A stretch of DNA of 64,000 bases from Obrimoposthia wandeli (Eukaryota). The position numbers and the translations under genes were made by a program. Positions 48,401 through 60,400 of this stretch are shown here, one piece after another. Below the pieces are notes generated by a model. The model was not told where the DNA came from. It did not search any database and worked only from the letters and a program-made list of their open reading frames with translations. Every line of letters begins with the position of its first letter. Position 1 is the stretch's first letter. The stretch is taken from positions 62,001 to 126,000 of the forward strand of contig CDROCS010001811.1 in NCBI GenBank assembly GCA_977020255.1. Direction: 5' to 3'.

Positions 48401-51400
48401 CGAGTAACTCTGATACATAAGATTGTCTCCAGATCTTTATATCAACACTGCGGCTCCCATTGATTTCTTCCATCTTCATTATGAAATCCTGAATTATCAC
48501 AAAATATTCATAATCGGGCATAACTAATAACTACCAATACACTACCCTCATTTCTTCTCTTTATTTTATCAATCCATAAAATATTTTAATATCACCAACA
48601 TTATATAGCCCATACATATACATCACACGTGTGCAATAAATCAATAATCATCTCTTGGCAATTCTAAAAAAGAAAGCACTGTAAATCGCATTTTCTATCT
48701 GGTGACCACTTATTGAACTATTCAAATTTCAAATAAGCTGATGAAGCATTTAATCAACAACCCATATCATTTTGTTCACAAATTACAAAATTTCAAGTCA
48801 AACTCTTTTGAATGGGTTAAATGTTTAACAAAATTCTGTTATAATTATAATTAATTTATAGTCTTTAAAATATAAAGATTAATTAACCTGGTGTAAAAAT
48901 ATTACGATATTATGAAAGTGGTAGCTGAAAGTAATTGAGTGTGCAAAATGAAAGAAAATCAATGACAATCATGTTAAAATTTCCAATATCAAAGTCATTT
49001 ACAACGAATATATTCTGAAGAATATACAATACTTTCAGAGAAACAAATTATTCCAGAAAATAAATTGTAAGTTTATCAATTCCAATCCTAAATCAGATTC
49101 GCCGAAATATAAAAAATAGCAGATATAATTACCAGTGGAATAAATAATTCTTTTTTAAGAAGGAGACTGATAGTGGAGCCAAGAAAACAGAACGATTAAA
49201 ATAACCTTTCAAAATTTTCAAAAGTACTTTTAGCTGTACTTAAATCCGGTTCAGCATTGACTTTCCTTTTTCGGTTTTATAAACTATTTTAATAAGTAAA
49301 TAAACAATCATGAGCGACTAGAACTTACAAAATATTTCGATTTGTAAATTAAATGAATTATTTTTATGCTATTCTGAAAGTGGCTCAAGTTTAAAACCAC
49401 AAATCACAAACTACAACATAATCATGTTTATTTGATGTTTAAGTAAATATATCTTCAAGGCGCATTCTTATATATTCATATATATTAGGCATATGTTGTA
49501 AGTGTTTTTTTCCTACCCTATGTAAAATATATATTACGGTTATTTATGTAAATTGGAAGATATTGGATTTGAATCGGAAGTTAAACGTCAAATTTATTAA
49601 CTCATCCAAATGCATTAAAATAAAATATAATCATTCACCTTGTTGTAGATAGTATCATTGTCTTTCAAATTGTAGTACATGACAGATCCGACCGTTACGA
49701 CCCAGTGTTCATCTTTGTAGAAGAGATTCATCTCGCTTGTATTGAGATCCAATCCGCGCGCAGCCTCGTCATATACTTCTGCCAAAGTGAGCATGCACCC
49801 TATTTTCAGCCGCATTTTGATATTTTTGTAGCACATATTCACTGTAATATCCTGAAAATGATTAAATACATAATATTGCCAATCTATATAGAATGATTTG
49901 TACTTTATCACTATTTACACCTTTAATATAAATGATTGAGTAAATTTAGTTATTTTTTACTGTTTATGTACAAAGGAATTTAAAATTTTACTATGAATCT
50001 GATTTCAGCAGGATATATTGAAAAATAGAAATCGCAGAAGAAAGTCACAGCTTTATTTTATGTTAAACTCTAATATTTCAAACTGATGAACTTAATGAAG
50101 GTTTTTAAAATTATATAGTTTCAATGTATTATGTAATTTGATAAATGCATAATATTGAAATATCCAATAGTGTCCAAAAAGTCTCTATTAAGTTAAAGAT
50201 ATCGTCAAATATGTTTAATTTTTTGAAAATAAATTTACTGGAGAAATGCTGAAAATTTCTGAGGCGAAATGTTCTGAAACCATTGGGTCCTAAACGTGGA
50301 ATGGTGGATAGAAAAAAGAAAGTGGTGTTGTACCAAAATGCGGTTTAAATTATAGAAATCTGGTGAGTCTTTGTGGTATGTTTCTGCAAGTCGTAATTGA
50401 TTTTACCGATACACCTGAATGAATACATCGGTGTAAAATTATGTGCTTTACAAACAACATTAGCAAAGTTTCAAAATACAAAAAACATTGAATAGAAAGA
50501 CAAATATATTCCAGTTCTAAGTAACTGGCGTTTGATTGGAGAAAATTCAACAAATCTCCATTATTTAAAAATGTTTTGTTCTCTAACAACATATATTCTT
50601 TTATTAGTAATTGTACGTCTCACTTTAAAATTTTTGATTTTCCATCTGACTTGCTAATCTTCATTTCTGAAATTTTCTAAGAATCTATACAATGAAATAC
50701 GAGTGTCAAGCTCTATAAAGATTAATAATTCTATAAGTTTCCTTTAAGACTGTAATATTTCCAGAAGACTTGGCTATTTCTTTGATATCTTAAATTACAA
50801 TTCTTCCTTCTAAATGCGCTTGATCGAGTTCATGCACAGACTGATATTGATTTATCTGGATATTGATAGTACAAGTGACAGTAAAATATGTTGCTTTGCA
50901 AGTTCTTTCTGAGCATTTTCTGTTTAGTTTTGATTCAGTAACTCGGTCTTTCAAAAAAGAAAATCCATATATGGGTTAAAATTTAAATTGGAATATATTC
51001 ATAACTTTTCAGTTTGACAAAATATCATTAGTTGACATATACATGAGGTTTCAGTGATATGAAGTAAACCCTTACTAAACTTAAGACACATTTGATTTTA
51101 ATAAATTTATTAAAAAAATACCTATTTTATACCAGAATGTTTAGAGATTTTTTTTCTCTAAATATTAGAATAATCAATTTAAATAAAATTAACTTAATGA
51201 AAATTGTTGTGTTTTAACATTTTTACTTGACACCTACCTATCTTTTCTTAAATGTAAAATATTGAGAAATATAAGAGCAATGTGACAGTGTTGGTCGCAG
51301 ATGAGGAGGAAGAGGAAAACTAAAAAACTGCCCTCGTCCTGGCTAATTAAATATTGGAGAACCCAGTATCTAAGAAACACTCCAAGAGTTAAAATCAGAA

Positions 51401-54400
51401 GAAGAAAAAGCTAAAAGAAGGACATTATGAGAACAATCGATTCACGGCAAAAAATAAGAGTTTGGACCTACTTATGTGAAGTGTAACCAATCAGTTAAAA
51501 CCCCATTAACCCATCATGGTCCTTTTATTTCTTAGTTTATCTAAAATCTTAGACCCTAACGGTCTCTGTCTTATTTAAAATTTACAGAGCCCAAACCCAG
51601 AAATTTAGGATTTTGAATAGTTAACGAATATTCTGTTTGACTTATATTGTATTTTACTTATAAATCTGTGTTTGATTTGTGTAAGTTTAATTTGTGAAAA
51701 TATATTAAATCTCTATAAGGATTTGTGTTTTTTGAAGGAAAACAACTACACATAGAAACAACTAACCTTCAGATTTCGAGATTACACGAGATGGGCTTTC
51801 CATAAAAGTCTAAAGTATCCTACAGTTGTGATAAAAAGTAAGTGTCCACTTACAATTTTTATTGGAATTCTTAATTTTTCTAAAATAACATATATATAAT
51901 CAATCTAAGTTAGTATATCTATAAACTATTAATTATAAAATAAAACAATAATATAACTATATTTTTTGTAATCAGGAAAAAAATAATATTTAGAATAGAA
52001 TAAGTAATACACTACAATCAAAATTAAGTGTTCACTGCAAAGTAAGTTATAAAACAACGTTTAAACATTTATTTAGTAATTATACAGCAAAGGTTCTATA
52101 AAAGTTTCAATATTTATTATTATTTGCTATTAATATTTATTATTATTGCCTTTACATTTAATTATAGCCTGAAGCCGTATCCGGACAGAATTGTAGATAT
52201 TACTTATTATTGCATCAGGTATTTCATCGAATTCCTACTTCATTGAATCAAATAATACTGTTATTCATCGAAATATTTGTTTTTTCATGTTTCTTTTAAT
52301 GATTTCCCAGATATTTTCAGTTATGTAATCAGAAACGTGAATTATCATACTTTCATTAATTTGTTTAAGAACTGATATTTAATGAACATAATATAAATTG
52401 TGTTGTGAAATCGAAGTCTTGAATTATGTCTACGATAGAAAACATAACTTTTTCAATGATATTTATGTCTGGGGAATGTGGAAAACGAACAAAACGTATT
52501 TCGTTACTATCCAGATAATAATTAGTTGTTCTGAACTTATGAGGTGGCGCACCATCCTGTATTAATATTGAGTTGGAATTTTTAATTTATGACCACACAT
52601 ATTCAAGTATTCCTTGATAGTTGCCAGAATTAACATTACCGGGACACGAAATTATTGAATGTTTAACGTATCCGGTGATAGCACGCCATACACAAATAGA
52701 AAGTCCACCAAATTTCACTGTTTTCAATGTAGATTTCGATTTAAACCTTGAATTGGCAGGTCTTTGAACAACTATACGAAAATATTTTTATGTTTGAAAG
52801 CGAGCCTCATCACAGTAAACATAGTTTTTCCAATCTGAAATGGAAATTTCTTCGTGCGCTTTACACAAAAGGAAGCGTCATCTAATGTTCTTTTTTTCTG
52901 CAAGTGTTTTTTAGCTGGTTTTCTGGAAAAAATACTGTAGCAAAAATATCGTCTCGCAGTGATTAATGATTTTTTGTTCTGTAAATTTTTGCTCTTTTTC
53001 TGCTAGGAAAGGATCAGTTGCAGACTTTCGGTACAATAAACGAACTTGTTTTTCCGATATTTTTCGCGGTCTACCTGGTTTTGATTTATTTTTTAATATA
53101 ATTAGTCTCTTTATACTTTTTATATATTTTTGACACAGTAGAATGCCCACCAAGATTGAATTCTATCGCAATCTTACGATAGGACACACCGTTGTTTATT
53201 TGCGTTACTATTTTCATTATAATGTCTTGATTTATTTTAATAATTGCTGAAAAAGAAAAAAAAGAAAAATTAGTTTTACGATAAAATAAATAAATTATTA
53301 CTTAATCATTACAAGACACTTACTTTTGATCACTTTTGTTTGATAATGAAACTGCTTAAAAATCACAACAATGTAATAAATTACTTCTACTTTTATATTT
53401 TTAAAAATCCAGCAATATATTTATAATATTAAAACAAAAGAAAGAATTGAAAATTGCATAAACAAATTTAGTTAAATATATTTTATAATTTATTACAATG
53501 TGCACACTTACTCTTGATCACAATTGTATAAGAAGTGAAACAACTCTAATCCCAACACAAAATAACAATAGTAAAGGCCTAAAAAAAATATAATCATATG
53601 ATCTTAAGAATAAATAAATGAAAATAATTAAACAAAAAGAAGTTTTATAATTCTTTTTCCTATTATAATCACTATCTTAATTATGAGAACTAACTACCAA
53701 TAAACCAAAAGCTAAACATACCACATTGCTCAAAACATCGCCATGTTTGAAGCCGCTGTCCACAACGTAGTTGTACATGTTAAGAAGATATCTGTTTTTG
53801 AATATTAGATTCAGGTTTCTCTTGTCGATTCCGAGAGTAGTAGCTGCTTGCTGGTAGATGTGATGCACCCGTTGGTAATTGCGCACGTGCACAGAGACCT
53901 TGCGTACACCGTGCTGAACTTCTAGAATCAGTTCCTGAAAGAAAGTGTAATAGATTAATTAAACAATTCAGTCGGATTTTTACAAAAATATTTTCACATG
54001 CAAAAATGATAATTTGATATTATTCTGGTAAACTTCATAATTGAAGGATTCTAAATTAAACGCAATAATAGCAATAGGTAGATGTATCCGGTCTTATCCA
54101 CTCCATCTTCCTATGGGTAGAGGGTACTTATCTATTTTACAAATTTCGTGCATCTGTGTATGTAGTGAACTGTCACATCCGACTTTCAAGGATGAATCTA
54201 AGTACTCAAAAAGTGATATAAAACAACACCAGAATCCAGATATATGGATTGACTATATATAGATATATATCCAGATATATAGACGAGATTTTAGATGATA
54301 ATTTTGTACGAATAAATTACTACATGTTTATGTCTGTTAGGAGTAAATGTATTGAAATATTCCATATTTCTTCATCTAAATGTATTGAAATATTCCATAT

Positions 54401-57400
54401 TTCTTCATCTAAATGTGAACCAATCAAATAATCAAGGTCATCTATAAATGCTAGACTATGATCACCTTCAATATGAAAAGAATTTCCTTCATATGCATAA
54501 TCTGGTAAGAAAAATCCCAAAATATTTTTGAATTGATAAATATCAGATGTTGTTAAAATTTTAATTAGATATTTATTTTTCGCTTTTGACATTTTCACAG
54601 GATTCATAACTCGTATAATTTGATGCCTCTTTAATATATTACATGGTTTTCCTTTTGAAATTCTTTCGGATAATAAAAATATCATACATAACTCAGAAGA
54701 GAAATAAACCGATTAAAAACAATGTTTATATAAAAATATATTTAAACAAGATACAAAAATTATGAAAAAAAATTTAAATTAAAACTGATTGAAATTTATT
54801 ACCATAAAACATACAGGAACAAATGAAATAAACATGGTAAAAATAAAGTAACATAGAAGAAAATAAATTGACAAAACAGAATTTTTTCAATTTTCCACAT
54901 AGGTAGATTTTTTTTCAATGTTAAACCTTCTTGTAACCATAAAGTCGAATTGTTACACTCCATTGCTTCTTTTTCGGAAAACCTGTCAACATCAATTTAT
55001 CTTTCATATTCACATAAAAATGCTGAATCAGCTCTTGGGATATAAAATTTGTTTTTATCGAATGTAAAATTTACAACAGTTTTTTGTTTAAGATATTTAA
55101 AAACTGATTTATGAATATTTGATAAATAATAGCTAAACGTTCTTCTTTCTATTGTCACAGGATTTACTAAAGCAATTATTTGAGCCTTCTTAAAGAACCT
55201 GACTTTGTATTTGAAATATTGTTTCACTTCTTGATACATATTCTTATTCGAATCTTCAAACATTTCTTAATATTCATAATCGCTCAATATTTGTGGGCTA
55301 TTTTCCATCATTGATAATTGTCTTTGATATGAATGCATTTATAATTATTTGTTCTTCAATTATATTTATACTCATTGGTCAATATAACTAAATCATTGAA
55401 TTTTATTGGACTAAATCCATATTTAAAATTAAAATTGATTGGAATAAATATGTTAAATTTCAATCATCCAATTATAATATGTTTGCAAGATATTGACGAG
55501 AAATGGGCAATAATAAACAAGTTAATACATATATAAAGAAGAATTTGAAGAAAACAATTTTAGTCTAATGAAACTCGAAATATAAATTATTAAGGAAGAA
55601 TAAAATATGATATTTTATAGTTACTATTCAATGAGTGGAAGCTGAGACAATATGTGAAAAGTTTGATGATTTTACAGTTGTTATTTTTCCTTCAGATTAG
55701 TTTTTATTTATTTTCATATTCAAATTTTCTTGGAAATTGTCGTGTTATGAGATGCAAAATCTCGTTGAATGAAATAAATCTACTCGTTGGAATTAAAATC
55801 AGCACCATATAATAAACCCCAGGTTCAGGCAACCTCAGAAAACCAATAAATCTTTATGAAATTGCCGAGAAAATGACAAAAGAATGCATGTTTGAACCTG
55901 AATTTTTTCTGTCACTCAGATATTTAAATTTTACACAGCTAATAAATTTTCTACTTATATTGATATTGAGATTGAGAAATTTGGAATCGATTTTACGAAA
56001 TATATTTTATTATTTTTGTTATCTTTTCAATAAACCATTTTAACAAACTCATTTTAATTAAGCTTTTAATAAGGAACAAATATTTGGTGACGTAAGATTA
56101 CCACAATTCGTTTTAATTTAATTTCAAAAAGATGTAACGTTTCTAGGAAATTATACGACAGATGTAACACAATTCTTCACATTTATTTTGGCGCAAAACT
56201 TTGATATAAACCAATGCCAACTATCAAAACTAAGAAAATTACGTATAGAAATTACATTCAATGCTGCTTTAACAAATCCTACTACAATGTTTATTTAAGG
56301 AGTATTTGATTCAGAATTACAAATCAACAAAGAAAGTCATATAATAGAAAGAAATCATGGAGTTTCTTTTTAAATTAATAAATGTTTCATAATTTTAATT
56401 TAATTCAGTGCAAGTTCAAGAATCAGCGAAGAAGGTATTGGCAGAAAAATTCAATGGAGTTTATCCTATATATGATTTTTTTTTCAAACCTGGAGGCTAC
56501 ATTATCAATACCCATCTTTCGAATTTATCTGCAGAACATTGGATAGCTATTTATGTTAAAGAGTGAACAATATATGTATTTGATTTGCTAGCAACGTATT
56601 ATTCACGCAAGCTTGTTTCTCTTGTTCAAAAAGGACGAAGAAGAGTATTTTAGAACAACATACAATACCAGGATCCCGCAACCAGAAACTGTGAACACTT
56701 ATGTATTTTGTGGTTATCGTTGCAAAAAGATTAATGCGTTATTATAGTAAAATATTAAATAAGCATATTTTATTTAAATTTTTTTGAAACCCCTTAATAT
56801 TTGAATAATAGTAGTAAAATACATAAAACAGTTTCTTAATAAACATTTATTTAACAATAATACATCACAAATAAAGAATATATGTTAGAAATGATAATAA
56901 ATAAAACTCAACCTAAATAAGTATCGAAAAAACAAAAAGTTAGACTTAACAGGCTCTAGGGATGTAAAAAATTTAAACAAAATTAATCAAATTAAGAAAA
57001 CTATTTAAAATCGGAAGTACCCATAAGCCAAACTAGTGTTTTTTCTATCCAAAATCGATTGTCGGTCATTACTACTTAAAGCTATTTTAGTTGACTTATG
57101 GAACTACAGTTTATGGGCTCTTAAAATAAATCTAGTTTGCTCGACGCTTTTAATACGCCCAGTATTATAAACTTTCCTATATGCCTAATGTGTTAGACTG
57201 TTTGTTCTCACACCATTTGCTCTTTGTTTGAATATGTATTATTAGATACATGTAAACTTTAGCATTTATGGTGTAGTAAAATACAATCATCATACGAAAC
57301 CTGACCCTCGCTTTCATCCTTAAATTTCTAGACAATTTCCTTTGAACTCATTTAGTGTAGAGGATGATTAACGGGATTTTTATGGGTATGAAGTAAGTTA

Positions 57401-60400
57401 TTCCTAAAAATTGCCAGTAATAATTGATTTTCTAAACCTACATTCCTACATTCTAAAAAGAAAGAGTCAGTGTCCCCAGCTGCGATTTTAATCTCACAAT
57501 TGAATTCGTGGCAATATTTCTCTAATTCAATTTATTGATGTTCATATATTCTGAGTTTTAAAATATCTAAAACCGTTCGACCTATTTAACTATACCAAGT
57601 CATCTGCAATCGTAAAACTACATTTTAAGTTGTACGTACTAGTATATGTTATTAATTTACGCTTATAATTGCAAAATTGTGTACAAATACGTTTCTGTAA
57701 GTCCTCTACAGTTTAACCAAATATACTTTTACTTTTTAACTTGTAAAAACCCCGATGGAACCTTTTACTGGCCCAATTACGTTTTCTCGAATTTTTCGCA
57801 AGATAGTCTTTGAACACAAAGTTTTGACTAAAGCTTATAGCACGATGAATCTTGATTTTACTGCCCACTTTAAGTTGAATTGAAGAAGTCACCAATGTAC
57901 CATATAATTCAACTTGTCTTCATGGGTGATCAATAATTTCATAACCTTTGAATTAGGCAGACACTGATAGACAATTATCACTGGAAAATCATCTAATTTG
58001 TCATGCACATTAAAAGGGCTTGTTAAATAAACCTCAATCAAATATACGACATTTTATAAAACTGTATCAACAGTAGCCAAATCTGCCATCAACGTATTCA
58101 ACTCTTCCACATCATACACCCACTTAAAGTTGGCATGCGATAGAGGTTAATGTCGATGTACAGAATCTTCATTAATTGATTTTTAACATTATTTAATTAT
58201 TTTGTTTTTAAGAAATGATTTTGACTAGTTTTGAGATGTTGATTCAGAATATTTATTCAGTTTTTGTTCCATCATGTCAGGTTTTCTCGCTACTTTATAA
58301 GAATGTTTTATCATTGTATTACACAATTGACTATCTGTATGATAAACATTTGATGAATGAATCCAATATTATAATTCATAAGGAATGAATATTATTGCTA
58401 AGATGAAAAAGTATTATACGACAATAAAAATTGAATGTCATCGCTATACAGCTTCTAAGTTGAAAGTTCTCATATGTTAGACATTTTTGAATGCTGTGCT
58501 ACATGGCTATCTCTTTTCCACTTCCAGCAATAATTCACCGTGTTTTGTATGTCTCATCTGCCTTGATAGCCTTGATGTCTTGGTGGAACACTTCACCCTT
58601 ATCTTCTCTGACGTCACCCAGATTATGAGGGACATTTTCGAGGTTCAACATTTTTATACTCATATTACAGTCAAGAACATGAAAGCTGCCAGTAGCTCAT
58701 TCACCAGTTTCTTGTAACACTGAGCTTTACTCTTATTAAGAAAGTTACGAACAATGTGAGAAAAATCTGTCCATGTTCTGCTCTCTGCGAGGCTTATTGG
58801 GCTTCTTTCTACAACTCCCGTATCTGGGTATCATGAAATATAAGTTTTAGCCTTCTTCTCGCTGATTGCTGTAAAAATCACAGATGTATCTGAAACTTTA
58901 ACGAATTGCAAACGTTAAGACAAGTTCGATTCGGAGAGGAGGCCAAATAATTTTATTTTAAGGGACTAAAAGAGCATAAATATTTAACTTTGCGACTGCT
59001 TATTGGTATATCATGCACTGCAAATCAAAACACGTACTTGGATGTGATCCATTCTATTCTAAGCTGTGTTGACGTCGATTCTTATTTTTCAGCAAATATG
59101 AGCTTTGTCATTTGTTTTCTGGATTGTGATTCAAAAACCAACACCCGCTGCATCCACTCGCTATTCCTGGCCCTCGTCAACATATACTTTATAATTTTGT
59201 CATTATTTTTCCTTGGTCATTTATCAGAAGATAGTCCCTTTGAGCAACGAAGTTATTATCAGTTCCAAAACATATATTATCTAATCATGAGTTGCATCTT
59301 GAAACGTGTTAATTAAATATTGTCATTCTACAAAATCAATAACAGTCTGATCTTTTGGATTCTTAAATAAAACGTTTAAATTTCTAGGATGATGTTTATC
59401 ACTTTGTTGCAAAATATTTTTAGAAATAAATATAACTATCACACAATTCTCTATGCTTAGAAATCTTTGTAAATAAGTTGTTAAATTCCGACTCTTAATT
59501 AACTTAATAATATCATAAATAAAAATAACATCAATTGATTTTTACCGATCAGACTAATTTTAATCGAAACCATCAACAAATTTCACGGATTTTAGTTTAC
59601 ATACTTCAGTTCTTGATACACCTGATAACACCAGCATAATGACAATAAATTTCTTAATAAATATTTGTATTATCCTTCAATAATTTTATTACAAAATGGA
59701 GTGTATCACCACTACTCTGGTAATTGCACTATTTTAATTCCATAACATAAAAATACAGAAATCAAAAAACACACACAAAATATTTGTAATAGTCGTTTTA
59801 TTAACAAATATAAACATGTTGAATAAAAAAATTTAAATAAAGTAATGATTAAGATTTTGTTTAAGGCATTTATTAAGCAGTATTTTTGTTGAAACTAGGA
59901 AATTAAAAAATGAATAAATAAATAGTTATTTATAGTGAAATTTAACCTTAAAATAATGAAGGTTAAGAAAATGAATTAAATAAAATGAATTATATAGAAT
60001 TTAAATTTTTTGAAATTTTTTGAAGTTTAAATAAGGACCTTGAAGAGGTCAGAAAATATGTAGATAAATTAGGAAAAGGTGTTAAAAAAGGGGCCAAAGA
60101 AATAGAATAAGAAAGAATGTCTAAAAGCAGAATTGCGAAGAATTTCGGAATCTAAAAGTACAAGAATTGTGTCTACATTCCGATCGGTGAATCGGCCACA
60201 GTGACTGTGTTGACCAGGAACAACAACACCCAGCCCTATCGTGCAGGTAACAGCTGGAGTTTAATATAAAAGCAATTGAAATTGTTTATAGCGCAGAAAC
60301 GTTACCAATTTATCCTGCGAACCACAGTTAGATAAAAGCAACGACGAAGAAAATTTCTATCGTGCAGAGCAGAAATGTTACTGGTTGATCCAAGAAAACG

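Noticed and set aside
46500-50900. Possible leucine-rich-repeat remnants in gene B introns (also 29.8-30.7 kb)
   Set aside because: Leu/Ile/Asn richness is expected from AT-rich DNA, and no clear LRR periodicity was seen.
54041-54262. FKDESK in ORF 54041 resembling pPolB KFKDESKG
   Set aside because: Six-residue match without flanking similarity; probably chance.
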